64,000 nt of DNA from the IMG/VR virus record IMGVR_UViG_2934069824_000002, positions 14,437 through 78,436 of that record. One strand, 5' to 3'. This stretch comes from a virus (lineage: Duplodnaviria; Caudoviricetes). The notes under the pieces are model-generated. The model did no database searches, was not told the origin of the DNA, and worked only from the letters and a program-made list of their open reading frames with translations. A program made the position numbers and the translations under genes. Every line of letters begins with the position of its first letter. Within the stretch, counting starts at the first letter, position 1. This document shows, piece by piece, positions 36,695 through 46,543 of the stretch.

Positions 36695-37096
36695 CTATTC
36701 CTTGGTCAGCCAGACCCGGTAGGCAACGTTGATGTGCCTGATGTCGGGGTCGGGGTCACGTACGTGCTGGTGTTGCTGATGGGCGACGGACACGTCCCGG
36801 AACCCGGCGACGGTCAGCGGCTGCCGGTCCAGGACGGCGTCCAGGGCGGCGAGGATCGCGGCGGCCTCCTTGATGCCGCGGTACTTCGACCAGATGTGCA
36901 GGACGAGGTTCACGGTCAGGCCCCGCTGGTTGTGAGCGTCGTCCACCACCTCCGTCGCCGAGCCGAAGCTGACGTAGGGGTGGGCGACGGTCTCGGGGAC
37001 CTCGTCGAACAGCCCCTTCACCAGGGCCATGAACGCCGTGTCGGCGGTGAGCTTGGCGTACACGGCTTCCTGCAGGGGCCACTGGGACGTCGTCAC
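36695..37096 (-). CDS. Tail terminator (DUF3168-like)
   Basis: LQEAVY..L, PYVSFG, LHIWS. Confidence 0.85.
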   Translation of the reverse strand: MTTSQWPLQEAVYAKLTADTAFMALVKGLFDEVPETVAHPYVSFGSATEVVDDAHNQRGLTVNLVLHIWSKYRGIKEAAAILAALDAVLDRQPLTVAGFRDVSVAHQQHQHVRDPDPDIRHINVAYRVWLTKE

Positions 37097-37476
37097 GGTC
37101 CGGCCGCCCCGCCCATGTGCCGGCGGAACGCGGCCCGGTAGGTGCGGGGCACTGCGGCCCGGTGCTCCTCGAACGCGGGGACGAGGTAGGGCTGATCGGG
37201 CATGCTGCTGGTGCCCTTCTCCACGTAGTACGCGTACTCGAGCTCCTCCGGATCCCAGACCCCGACCTCAGCCCGCCCGTACTGCTCGGTGACCTTCTGG
37301 TCCAGGGCCTCCCACAGGTCGCCCTTGTCCTGCGGGACGCGGTCCTCGGCGGTATCTAGGACGCGGTCGGCCCAGTCGTTGAGGGTGTCCTTGCGGGCCT
37401 CGCGGGCGGCCTCGGGGATGCGGCCGATCGCGGCCAGGGCGCCCGCCAGGCCGTCCACCCGGTTGCGTCGGGCCAT
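37093..37476 (-). CDS. HK97 gp10-like tail completion protein
   Basis: YAYYVEKGTSSMPDQPYLVPA. Confidence 0.88.
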   Translation of the reverse strand: MARRNRVDGLAGALAAIGRIPEAAREARKDTLNDWADRVLDTAEDRVPQDKGDLWEALDQKVTEQYGRAEVGVWDPEELEYAYYVEKGTSSMPDQPYLVPAFEEHRAAVPRTYRAAFRRHMGGAAGP

Positions 37477-37488
37477 GACCACCACCTC

Positions 37489-37815
37489 CTAGGGCAGTTG
37501 CAGGACGGCGACGGTGACGCTGGTGACGCCGCTGTAGGTGAGCGCGGCCCGGCCGGTAACCGGGTCGCGGTAGACGGGTCGCAGCGGCACGAACGCGGAA
37601 GCGCCGGCCGCGATCGAACGCGCGGTGTCCGCGATGGCCAGGCCGTCGGAGGTGCCCGGGGTGACGATCGTCAGCGTGACTGGGGCCCCGCCGCCGTTGA
37701 TGACGTGCAGGAGCAGGTTCGTGCCGATCGGCGCGGTGTCGCCGCCCACGGCCGCGGCCGCGTACGCGGGGCTGAAACCGGCGGTGGGTACGGGCTGAGC
37801 AGTGAGTGCGGCCAT
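37489..37815 (-). CDS. Virion structural protein (beta-rich; resembles 39313..39684)
   Basis: MAALTAQPV...LHVINGG...; GGAGG RBS. Confidence 0.65.
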   Translation of the reverse strand: MAALTAQPVPTAGFSPAYAAAAVGGDTAPIGTNLLLHVINGGGAPVTLTIVTPGTSDGLAIADTARSIAAGASAFVPLRPVYRDPVTGRAALTYSGVTSVTVAVLQLP

Positions 37816-37829
37816 GGGCGGCACCCTCC

Positions 37830-38168
37830 TTAGGTGGTGAGGGGCTGGTCGGTGGTGCAGTCCGCCCGGAGATAGGTGCCGTCCACGGACGGCTCGAAGG
37901 TGGCGAACACCTTGTGCACCGCCCCGCCGGGCTCCCGCAGTTCGTCGCCGCGCCGTACGTCCGCGCGCGGGCTGAAGTACCACGTGAAGTCCAGGCGGGC
38001 CTGCGCCTGGTGGGCGGCCTGGCGCTCGCGGGCGGTGGGCTGGGAGCGGCGGCCGCGCGGCGTGGACACGTGGGCCCACACCTCGCTGCGGCCGCCCCCG
38101 CCGTCCTCCACGGTGGTGGCCCGCCACACCTGAACGGGCCGGTTCAGGCGGCGGCCGATGCGGCTCAC
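37830..38168 (-). CDS. Head-tail adaptor / head closure protein
   Basis: GTG at 38168; DGGGG, ADVRRGD motifs. Confidence 0.8.
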   Translation of the reverse strand: MSRIGRRLNRPVQVWRATTVEDGGGGRSEVWAHVSTPRGRRSQPTARERQAAHQAQARLDFTWYFSPRADVRRGDELREPGGAVHKVFATFEPSVDGTYLRADCTTDQPLTT

Positions 38169-38758
38169 CGCGACCTCACCAGCTCGGCCCCGCCGCCGAA
38201 GCGGGCGGCCAGGCGCTCGCGCAGGTAGTCGGGGAGCTCCATCTCGGAGATCAGCCCGTCGTCCCCGTAGGTGACCGCGTAGTCGCCGATCCGCTCCGAG
38301 CGGATGTCGGCCGCGGCGATGCCGGTGCCGTCGTCCTCGGACCGGTGGGACAGGAGCGCCGCGGCGGCGATCCGGCACACCAGGTCGACGATGTCCGCGG
38401 GCACGTCCGGCAGGCCGTGCGTGTAGGTGATGGTGGCCTCGCTGGGGCCGCTGGTCCCGGCCCAGCCGGCGGCCCGCCACAGGCGACCGCCCGTCAGCCG
38501 CCAGTCGGTGACCGCCGCCCCGTCGAGCAGCACGCTGGCGACGGCGGTGACGGGCGGCCCGGGCAGCCGCAGGCGGGTATCCGCCTCGCCCTCCAGGGTG
38601 ACGGTGGACGTCGTCTGGGAGATCGGGCACCCGGCTGCCTCCCGGACCGCAGACGAGGCGACCTCGAGGAACGTGCCGACGACGACCGTTTCGGATGGGT
38701 CGACGGTCAGGCCGCGGGCGGTGAGGTCGGCCACCGTCGCGAGGGGTTGCAGTGCCAC
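38165..38758 (-). CDS. Head-tail connector
   Basis: LATVADL, YTHGL..VPADIV, SERIGDYAVTY. Confidence 0.82.
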   Translation of the reverse strand: MALQPLATVADLTARGLTVDPSETVVVGTFLEVASSAVREAAGCPISQTTSTVTLEGEADTRLRLPGPPVTAVASVLLDGAAVTDWRLTGGRLWRAAGWAGTSGPSEATITYTHGLPDVPADIVDLVCRIAAAALLSHRSEDDGTGIAAADIRSERIGDYAVTYGDDGLISEMELPDYLRERLAARFGGGAELVRSR

Positions 38759-38771
38759 GGTGGCCTCCCTC

Positions 38772-39311
38772 TCACTTCACCAGGTCGATCAGGTCGTCCT
38801 TGGTGAACGTCGCGGCGTCGTCGGCGGACAGGTGTCCCTGCCGGACCGCGTAGGCGATCCACTCGGACTTGGGTGCGTCCTCGGACGGCTTGCCCGTTCC
38901 CTTGGGCTGCGGCGGCTCGCCCGGGCGGGCGGCCTCCGGCTCCTCGGGCAGGTCCTGCAGGGCCGCCTTGGTGAGCTCCTCGGCTTCCTCCACCGTGTAG
39001 CCGTGGGCGCCGACCGCCCAGGCCACCCACTCGGCCTTCGGGGCCCGGTCGGACGGGCGCGGCGTGCGCCCGGCCGTCAGCGCACTGCCCCGGCCCGGGT
39101 CCACGTCACCGGTGTAGGGGGCGCCGTCGTAGGAGACAGGGAACGTCCCGCCGTACGGAGACCCGTCCTTGTTGACGCGGCGCAGGGTGCCGGTCGCCAG
39201 CCGGTCGGCGATCGCCTCCGGCAGGGGCAGGTCCATGCCGATGACCTGCCCGCCCTCCCCGCGCACGTAGATGCCGGGCTCGGGTCGCTTCCTCTGTTCG
39301 TCCTCGGCCAT
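38772..39311 (-). CDS. Phage protein with two APK.EW.A.AV...TK..L helical repeats
   Basis: Start MAEDEQ; repeat shared with 532..915. Confidence 0.7.
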   Translation of the reverse strand: MAEDEQRKRPEPGIYVRGEGGQVIGMDLPLPEAIADRLATGTLRRVNKDGSPYGGTFPVSYDGAPYTGDVDPGRGSALTAGRTPRPSDRAPKAEWVAWAVGAHGYTVEEAEELTKAALQDLPEEPEAARPGEPPQPKGTGKPSEDAPKSEWIAYAVRQGHLSADDAATFTKDDLIDLVK

Positions 39312-39312
39312 C

Positions 39313-39684
39313 TCAGGTGTTCCTCGGGATCTTGAAGGCGCTGATGCTGCCTGCGACGAACCCGGTGGCGATGTCCACCAGGAGGGACCCGTCGGCCTGG
39401 AGGAACCGACCGGACTCGAACGGTCCGATCCACCGGGTGGCACCGTTGCCGACGGCGACGACGAGATCGCCCATTGAGGCCGCGATGGCCGGGGGGTTCT
39501 GGCCGGCCTTGATGGTGACGTTGCCGCCGGTCGCTCCGGCGACCAGGCGCAGGACGGTGAGTTCGGGCACCGCCTTCGCGATGGTGTGGCCGTTGCCGAC
39601 ACCGGCGTTCGTCGCGGTGCCGGCCGGATCGGCGACGTCGGTGTTCGGCAGGAGACTGCTGTACGGGACTGCTGTGCGTGCCAT
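39313..39684 (-). CDS. Putative capsid decoration protein
   Basis: Directly after the capsid gene; WIGPFESGRF motif. Confidence 0.65.
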   Translation of the reverse strand: MARTAVPYSSLLPNTDVADPAGTATNAGVGNGHTIAKAVPELTVLRLVAGATGGNVTIKAGQNPPAIAASMGDLVVAVGNGATRWIGPFESGRFLQADGSLLVDIATGFVAGSISAFKIPRNT

Positions 39685-39699
39685 GTGCGGGACCTCCTA

Positions 39700-40563
39700 T
39701 CAGGGGGTGGCGTCGATGTACGCCACGGCGATGCCCTCGGGGCGGATGAGCTTCGCGCCGTACAGCGCGAGGCCCTTCACGGCGTCCGAGAACGACGACT
39801 CGGGCCGGTAGGCCTCGGTCTTGTTGATCTGCTCGGCGAACGTGAGCGCCCCGTTCACTCCGGCCTGAACGACGTGGACGCCCGCGGTCGGCTCGGGAGC
39901 GTTGTTCGACTCGTAGATGCGGAACCCGGCGGCCTCGCCGACGGCACCGTTGCGCAGGGCCTCGGTCTGGCCGCTCTTGGAGTAGTCGGTGAACCGGTCG
40001 TCCAGGAGGAGGCTGGCGTAGCCCTCCGGGGGGACGATGCAGTACCGGTTCGCGGTGGGGGCGTTGGACCGCTTGAGCTTGGTCCGCAGCGGCACCAGGA
40101 CCTTGCTGTAGAAGTCCCCGGGCGTGGAGTGCACGTTGATCGGGGCACCGGTGGAGCCGAGCACGTTCGCGGGGACGGCCCCGGTGTAGAACCCGGCAAC
40201 GTACCGCTCGGCGACGTCGGCCAGGGCGTAGGCGGCCTCGTTCATGGCCTGCGGCATGACGTTGCCCTTGGCCTGCCGCTTGTCGACGTCGTCGACCTTG
40301 AACGCCCAGTACTTGGACTGGTCGACGACCAGCGTGCGCTGCGCGTCGGTCAGCTCCTCCGGCACGATGACCGTGGAGTTCGGCACGTAGGTACCGACGG
40401 TGGGCCGGGAGATCGACGTGATGCGGACGGTGTCGCCCGCCTCGGCGATCTCGCCCTCGTAGTCGCGGTTGACGACGGTGGGACCCGCGTAGACGAGCTC
40501 GTTGCGCCAGGCGACGAGCAGGCGCGCGGCCCAGATCTCGGGCCGGAATCGGGTGATGGCCAT
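39700..40563 (-). CDS. Major capsid protein
   Basis: Homologue of 915..1766. Confidence 0.92.
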   Translation of the reverse strand: MAITRFRPEIWAARLLVAWRNELVYAGPTVVNRDYEGEIAEAGDTVRITSISRPTVGTYVPNSTVIVPEELTDAQRTLVVDQSKYWAFKVDDVDKRQAKGNVMPQAMNEAAYALADVAERYVAGFYTGAVPANVLGSTGAPINVHSTPGDFYSKVLVPLRTKLKRSNAPTANRYCIVPPEGYASLLLDDRFTDYSKSGQTEALRNGAVGEAAGFRIYESNNAPEPTAGVHVVQAGVNGALTFAEQINKTEAYRPESSFSDAVKGLALYGAKLIRPEGIAVAYIDATP

Positions 40564-40580
40564 GGTGGGTGGATCTCCTG

Positions 40581-41336
40581 TCAGCTGGAGCCGAGGAGGT
40601 CGTCCAGGCGCCCGTCATCCTGGGCCTTGACGATCTGTTCGGCGGTCATCTTCTTGAGGTCGCTCTCGGTGAGCTGCTTCGGTCGGCTCGCCTTGCGCGC
40701 TGCTCCGCCGTCGCCCGTGCCCTGGAACCTGCGTGCCGGTGCGGCTGCCAGGTAGGGCTTGTCCTTGACGAGCGTCTCGATCGCTTCGGCGATCTCGTCG
40801 CTGTCGATGTTGCCGTCGTCGTCGACCTCGAACTGTTCGAGGTCGAGGAACTTGTACGCGTCGCCCGGGTCGGCGAGGACGCCCTTTGCGGCCGCCTTCA
40901 CCTCCGAGCGCACGATGCGTGCGTTCGCCTTGGACAGGGCGGCCTGTTCCACCTCGCGGCGGGCCTGGTCGGCCTCGTCCCCGGCGCTCTTGTCGGCGAT
41001 CTGCTTCTCGAGCTGGCGGCGCTTGTCGCGCTCGGTGCGCCACTTCCCCTTCATGGACGCCAGCGCACGCTTGCCCTTGTCGCCGAGGTCGGCGGCCCCC
41101 TCGGGGTCCGCGTCCTCCTGGTCGTCGTCCTCCTGGCCGCCGCCGCCACCGCCACCGTCGCCGGTGGCGTCGTCGTCCTGGTCGTCGGCGCCCTGATCGG
41201 TGTCATCGTCGGCGCCCTCCTGGTCCTCGTCGCCGTCCGCGTAGAACACGGACGAGAAGGGGCCGGTCTCGTAGGGGTGGGACCAGCCGGGCTCCCCGTT
41301 GCGGCGGGCACGGCGGGGCAGGGTGCTGCGGTTCAT
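40581..41336 (-). CDS. Capsid scaffolding protein
   Basis: Homologue of 1789..2496. Confidence 0.85.
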   Translation of the reverse strand: MNRSTLPRRARRNGEPGWSHPYETGPFSSVFYADGDEDQEGADDDTDQGADDQDDDATGDGGGGGGGQEDDDQEDADPEGAADLGDKGKRALASMKGKWRTERDKRRQLEKQIADKSAGDEADQARREVEQAALSKANARIVRSEVKAAAKGVLADPGDAYKFLDLEQFEVDDDGNIDSDEIAEAIETLVKDKPYLAAAPARRFQGTGDGGAARKASRPKQLTESDLKKMTAEQIVKAQDDGRLDDLLGSS

Positions 41337-41393
41337 CAGGGCTCCCGTTGCGGGTGTGTGGCCCGGGCGTTGCGCGCGGGCGCGAGGGGGTGG

Positions 41394-42362
41394 TCAGACG
41401 ATGTAGGCGTGGCGGCGCAGCAGCCGGACGGCGTGCTCGCGGTCGCCGTCCGCCATGCGGTAGATCTCTTCGGGCATCAGCCGCGGCGACCTGGCGGTGG
41501 CGTACCGGGCCCCGGCGGTCCGCTCGAACTTCTTGGAGCGGCGCCCGGCGATGCCGCGGCGGGTTGTGCCCTCGGTCGTCGTCTGCACGGTGCGCCGGTA
41601 GTACGTCGCGGTGGTCATGCCCCGGCGGGCGTTGACGACCTGCTCGATGTCCGCGCCGTCGCCGATCGCCTTCACCGCGGCCGCGCCGAACGCCTTGTGC
41701 CGCTGGGCGGCGGTCATCTGCGCGAACACCTGGCGGGCGCTCGTCGTTGGCGGGGTGAAGCTGCGGGTGACCGGAGCCATGGTGCAGTCGCACCGCGGGT
41801 GCCGCTGGAACCCGGTGCTCAGGGTGTACTCGCGGCTGGCGAGGACGATGCACCGCGCGCACGCGGGGAGCTCCACCACGCGGACGTAGGAGGTGATGGC
41901 AGGGCGGACGATCATCCCGATCAGGTCGGCGGCCCGCCCCGTGTCCGCGATGACCGTACGGACCAGGAGGTCGAGCAGGGCGGCGCCGCTCGCCCACGCG
42001 AACGCGACCGACGCGCCGCGGGCCAGGGCGCCGAGCGTCGCCCACAGCGGGTACATCAGCAGGCCCGCCAGCGGCCGGCCGTCCGGGGCGGTCCCGGCGA
42101 GGGCCTGCGGGACGAGCTGGTCGGACTCGGCCCGGTCCGGGTCGGTGCCGAGGAGCCGCTGCAGGTAGGGGTCGGTGGAGGCGGCAGCCGCGGACTGCGC
42201 CCCGGTGACGATGAGCAGGAGCTCGGGCAGCAGTTGCTGCCACGACCCCTTCATGTTGTCGCGGTCCAGCTGCCGCCAGAGCTTGCCCGCGGCCCGGGCG
42301 GTCGCCATCGCGAGCCGGGCCCGCTCCTCCTGGTGGAGGCGGACCGGGGCGGGCGCGCTCAC
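41394..42362 (-). CDS. Head morphogenesis / MuF-like protein
   Basis: ACARCIVLA...FQRHPRCDC; GTG at 42362. Confidence 0.82.
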   Translation of the reverse strand: MSAPAPVRLHQEERARLAMATARAAGKLWRQLDRDNMKGSWQQLLPELLLIVTGAQSAAAASTDPYLQRLLGTDPDRAESDQLVPQALAGTAPDGRPLAGLLMYPLWATLGALARGASVAFAWASGAALLDLLVRTVIADTGRAADLIGMIVRPAITSYVRVVELPACARCIVLASREYTLSTGFQRHPRCDCTMAPVTRSFTPPTTSARQVFAQMTAAQRHKAFGAAAVKAIGDGADIEQVVNARRGMTTATYYRRTVQTTTEGTTRRGIAGRRSKKFERTAGARYATARSPRLMPEEIYRMADGDREHAVRLLRRHAYIV

Positions 42363-43870
42363 GCGAGGACCTCCTCCTGGTCCTCGGCGGCCGCCGCGCC
42401 CGGATCGCCGCCGGCGGGCGGGCGCCGCGCCATCATCTGTGTCACCGCGCCGACCGGGTCCATCTCCATCTCCTTCTCCCGCAGCGCCACGACGTCGGCG
42501 ACCTCGGTCGGCGTCAGTCCGTAGCGCAGGGCCAGCCACTCGAAGGGGAACCCGATGTCCTTGAGCTTGAGCAGGGCGTCGGCCAACTGCGCGTGCGACC
42601 GGGACTCTGCATCGGCCCACAGGACCCGGCCCGCGCGCAGGGCCTTCGCCTTCTCGTCCTCGCCCCGGGCCAGGGCGATGAGCCGCGATCCCTCGCGCAG
42701 GCCTTGGCCGGACCACAGGTGCTTCTCCTGGACGCGCTTCACGAGACCGGTCTCGGCGGCCAGCAGCGCGCCTTCGGCGAGGTTCGCCATCTTCCCGATC
42801 AGGTAGTGCTGGGGGGTCCTCGTCTGGGCGGCGAGGTGGCCGACTGCCACCTCGATGACCTCGGTGTACATCGCCAGGTTCGCGGCCTGCCACTCGGCGA
42901 TCCGGGCGTCCTTGCCGGTGATCCACGCGACCCGGTCGACCTGGAACTTGTCCAGGTCGACGGCCTGCGTCCCCACGATCTCGCCAACGCTGTTCAGCTT
43001 GGGGATGACCGGCCGCTCGGCGCCGAGGATGACCCGCTGCGGGAACGATGCGTAGTCCGAGGCGGTGAACAGCTGTGCCCACAGCAGGTTGATGGCGTCC
43101 TGCATCGCCGTCACCCCGGACACGTCGCTGATGGGTTCCTCCACCAGCATCGGCTTGTTCGGGAGCTCCACCATCGGCACAACGCCCATGGGGTTGGGCT
43201 GCGGGTTCGGCTCGTGCAACATCTCCCGCGGTTCCCACGTCTGCCGGCGGCGCTGCTCCCCGGGCGGCAGCCACAGGCTCATCGCCTCGTCCACGTTCGC
43301 CATCTGCGGGCTCTTGGAGTGCCGGGACAGCGGCCGGCTGAACTTCCACACCTCGTCTGGCAGATAGAGGGTGGCGAACTCGGCGCTGCCGTCCTGCCAG
43401 GTCTTGAGTGCCGCCCGCCGGTTGCGGCGGGACCCGGGCTCGTACGCCACGATGCACTGGGTGGCGTCCTCGAACGTCACGACCGGCGTGTCCGAGTCGC
43501 TGGGATCCCCCCACACCAGCAGAAACGACCGGGCCCCGTTGATGGAACCGAGGAACCCCATCTGGCTGTCCGCGTCCAGCCCGTTGACCTGCCAGATGTT
43601 CCACAGTTCCTTGTCCGCGGACACCTCTCCTGATGCCTGGAACCCAGTGACCGTTAGCCGCTCCATTGGACTGTCGGCCACGACCTGGACCCAGTTGTCG
43701 GAGAAATCCTTGTAACGGTCGCCATGGAACTTCGCGAACTCCGAGGAGGCGAAATTGAGGCGCTGCTTGCCCCGGTAGTAGTCGTTGTTCCGGTCGACCT
43801 CCGAGCGCCGGTTGATCAGCTCCGACGAGAGCAGTTCCACCAGCTCGAGGGCCTGTACGTACGTAGCCAT
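42359..43870 (-). CDS. Portal protein
   Basis: Homologue of 3483..4973. Confidence 0.92.
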   Translation of the reverse strand: MATYVQALELVELLSSELINRRSEVDRNNDYYRGKQRLNFASSEFAKFHGDRYKDFSDNWVQVVADSPMERLTVTGFQASGEVSADKELWNIWQVNGLDADSQMGFLGSINGARSFLLVWGDPSDSDTPVVTFEDATQCIVAYEPGSRRNRRAALKTWQDGSAEFATLYLPDEVWKFSRPLSRHSKSPQMANVDEAMSLWLPPGEQRRRQTWEPREMLHEPNPQPNPMGVVPMVELPNKPMLVEEPISDVSGVTAMQDAINLLWAQLFTASDYASFPQRVILGAERPVIPKLNSVGEIVGTQAVDLDKFQVDRVAWITGKDARIAEWQAANLAMYTEVIEVAVGHLAAQTRTPQHYLIGKMANLAEGALLAAETGLVKRVQEKHLWSGQGLREGSRLIALARGEDEKAKALRAGRVLWADAESRSHAQLADALLKLKDIGFPFEWLALRYGLTPTEVADVVALREKEMEMDPVGAVTQMMARRPPAGGDPGAAAAEDQEEVLA

Positions 43871-43880
43871 GCGGGCCCCC

Positions 43881-45518
43881 TTATGCGGAGTAGAAGTAGG
43901 ACTGTTCCTTCACGGCCAGGCCTGCGGCGATGACGTCGCCGAGCGCTTCGTGCGCCAGGATCGAAGGGATCGTGGCGTCGATCTTCTGGGACGGACTGGC
44001 CTTGCGCAGGACGTACTTGTCGCTCGGCCGGGCGGCCATCCGGGTGTTCCCGATGTGCGTGTAGGTGATGGGGCATCCGTCGTGCGTGAACGCGGCCCCG
44101 TCGCTGTTGCGCTTGAGGACGTCGGTGCGCAGCCGCTCGGCGGCGGAGTACATCTGGATGATGCGGCGGGTGTGCCACCGGATCACCCGCTCCTCCCCGT
44201 AGAGATCCACCCACTCGTCGACCTCCGTGTCCCAGTACGGCGGGTCCGCGTAGAGGCGGACGACGTCGTAGCGGCGCATCAGCTGGTCCATCGCCGCACG
44301 CACTTCGGCACGCGGGACCTGGCCGCCGTAGTCGGCCGGGTTCCAGATGGTCGGCTCGTCGTCGTCCCCGTACAGCGGGGTGAACTGGTAGCCGTCCATC
44401 GTCTCGGCCCTGATCGCCGTCCAGTCGTCAGAGTCGGATCCGTCGAACCCGAGGACGATCCGGGTGTGCGGGCGGACCCGGCGCGATGTGGCCTTGGCGG
44501 CCCACTTCGCGAGGTCCAGCCACGACGCGGTACCGGCGACGCACCGGTTGCCGAAGAAACGTTCGGCCTGCGCCGGGTCCTTCTCCATGATCTCGGCGGT
44601 CTCGGCCTCGATCGCGTCCAGGTCGACGTGCGTCGATCCGGCGTAGACGATCGTATGGATCTTCCGGCGCTGCCGCTTGTCGCCGTACGACAGGGACCGG
44701 GGCGCTTCCGGGTGGTACCGGAAGATGTCCTTGCGCTTCGTCTCCGACGTCCGCTGCGCGACCGAGTCCTCCGAGGGGTCCCACGCGTTCGTCGTCTCCA
44801 TGACCCGGCCGCCCATGCCGGCTGCGCCACGGCGCTGCGTCTCGGCGACCTTCCGCAGCTTGTTCGCGTCGGTGTACAGCCCGGTCTCGTCCTGCAGCGC
44901 GGCCGTGATCGGGTTGCCGAGGCGGGACAGCGCGGACGACGTGACCGTCTCCACCTTGCCCTCGTCGCGTACGCGCGTGAACTCCTCCCCGACGCGCATG
45001 AAGTCGGACAGCCACCCTTGCTTCACCATCGACTGGAACGGGCTGTAGACGTTGGTGACCTGGTCCTCCGACGTCGCGACCAGCTGAATCAGCGGCGTCG
45101 CCCACGGGCGGCCCATCGGCTCGCCCACCTCGTACCGGTACCACCATCCGCACCGGCACCCGTGATCCGCGCACCGGTAGCGCTCCCCACCGTTGGCCCA
45201 CCCGGCGAACACGACCGGCCCGCCGGCCTCGGCGCACGTGATCGTCGCCGACCACGGGCCCTTGCCGGTCTTCTGCGGGGCGACGATCTGCGACCGGCGG
45301 TAGAAGAACGCGGGCGCGAGCTGGCCCATGCGGGCGGTGGGCTTGATCCGGTAGTGGTTGACGGTGCACCACAGCTGCCAGGGGTACAGCTCCAGGTCCT
45401 CGCCGCGGCGGAACCCGTCGGGGACCGGGCAGTGCGCCTCGATCCAGTCCGGCACGATCCACAGGGTGGGGAAGTCGACGACGAACTCGGCGGCAGCGGC
45501 GCTACGCCCCGGGGCCAC
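43881..45518 (-). CDS. Terminase large subunit
   Basis: PQKTGKG, LQDE, LGFDGS, KIDA. Confidence 0.95.
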   Translation of the reverse strand: MAPGRSAAAAEFVVDFPTLWIVPDWIEAHCPVPDGFRRGEDLELYPWQLWCTVNHYRIKPTARMGQLAPAFFYRRSQIVAPQKTGKGPWSATITCAEAGGPVVFAGWANGGERYRCADHGCRCGWWYRYEVGEPMGRPWATPLIQLVATSEDQVTNVYSPFQSMVKQGWLSDFMRVGEEFTRVRDEGKVETVTSSALSRLGNPITAALQDETGLYTDANKLRKVAETQRRGAAGMGGRVMETTNAWDPSEDSVAQRTSETKRKDIFRYHPEAPRSLSYGDKRQRRKIHTIVYAGSTHVDLDAIEAETAEIMEKDPAQAERFFGNRCVAGTASWLDLAKWAAKATSRRVRPHTRIVLGFDGSDSDDWTAIRAETMDGYQFTPLYGDDDEPTIWNPADYGGQVPRAEVRAAMDQLMRRYDVVRLYADPPYWDTEVDEWVDLYGEERVIRWHTRRIIQMYSAAERLRTDVLKRNSDGAAFTHDGCPITYTHIGNTRMAARPSDKYVLRKASPSQKIDATIPSILAHEALGDVIAAGLAVKEQSYFYSA

Positions 45519-45987
45519 GGAACGGCACGACCTTCATCCGGTCCCGGGCGGAGCGCCGCACGGGCGGGTCGAGGGCCTCGTCGTCGTCCTCGTCCGCATC
45601 GGCGTCGACTGCGGTGACGATCTTCCACCGGTTGCGGAGCATGCCCTGCACGGTCAGCCCGAGGCTCTCCATGTACTGACGGGCGAGCTTGCGGGCCTCC
45701 ACCTTCGAGTCGGGCTGCTCGGTCTCGGCGAGGGTGCGCACGAAGAGAGCGACCTCGAGGACCTGGCCGAGCTGCTCCCACATCACGGCCTGCGGTCGGC
45801 TCCAGAGCTCGTCCCACAGCTCCCGCTCGCGGTGAGTCTGCTCGGTCAGCGGCCACCAAGGCGGCCTGCCCGGACGCCCCTCGGCGGGCAGCATCGTCCA
45901 ACTTGACTGGTCGGACGGCCGGTTGCGCCGGAGCGCGTTCGGGTCCGGCGCCGGTCCGGATACTGCGCGAGCTCCTCCACGAGGCAC
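45502..45987 (-). CDS. Terminase small subunit
   Basis: PRGGAR..SGP.PDP; GGAG RBS. Confidence 0.82.
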   Translation of the reverse strand: MPRGGARAVSGPAPDPNALRRNRPSDQSSWTMLPAEGRPGRPPWWPLTEQTHRERELWDELWSRPQAVMWEQLGQVLEVALFVRTLAETEQPDSKVEARKLARQYMESLGLTVQGMLRNRWKIVTAVDADADEDDDEALDPPVRRSARDRMKVVPFRGPGA

Positions 45988-45999
45988 GGCGATCACTCC

Positions 46000-46213
46000 T
46001 CCTGCTGCGGTGCGCAGCACTCGGCGACCATCACATTGCGTGACGATCTTGGACCCTTTGAACCTGACTGGCCTTCCGGAGCCCTCCCCGGCGTTCCGGC
46101 CCCCCTACCCCGAAGGGGTCACCCCCCTGGGGCCGGCCACCCAAAGTGATCTCAGAAAGATCTGATTTGAAATCGAATCCAAATGAAAACAATTTCCATT
46201 TGATTCGAGATCA
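46000..46213. other. Putative cos region of prophage B with adjacent AT-rich inverted repeat
   Basis: Blocks conserved with 7090..7230; AT-rich tcgaatccaaatg...catttgattcga at 46173..46208. Confidence 0.5.
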
Positions 46214-46540
46214 TTTCGGATCGTCCAGCAAGCTTTCGGGAGGCGTCCAGCCCATCGCGATCAGAGCCTTCACTGTCTCGTCGGGCAGAAGGATCTCTGT
46301 GTCCTTCGAGTTGAGCCTCGTCACGTCGTGGATAGCGAGTTCCAGCTCGAGGGATGGCATCTCGTGCATGGATGCCCTGTACGTGAAGCCCCGCACTCCC
46401 CTGATCGGCGTGCCGCCTACCGAGACGCGGCCCGTCGGACCGTTCACCTCGATGTCCACGTTGTGACGTCGCACCTTGCCCACGCCAGGCAGCAGGGGGA
46501 CGTCGTGGCGCCCTTCGTAGTAGTCGTCATGGACCGGCAT
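46211..46540 (-). CDS. Hypothetical protein
   Basis: GAGGT RBS; ends ALIAMGWTPP. Confidence 0.65.
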   Translation of the reverse strand: MPVHDDYYEGRHDVPLLPGVGKVRRHNVDIEVNGPTGRVSVGGTPIRGVRGFTYRASMHEMPSLELELAIHDVTRLNSKDTEILLPDETVKALIAMGWTPPESLLDDPK

Positions 46541-46543
46541 GCG

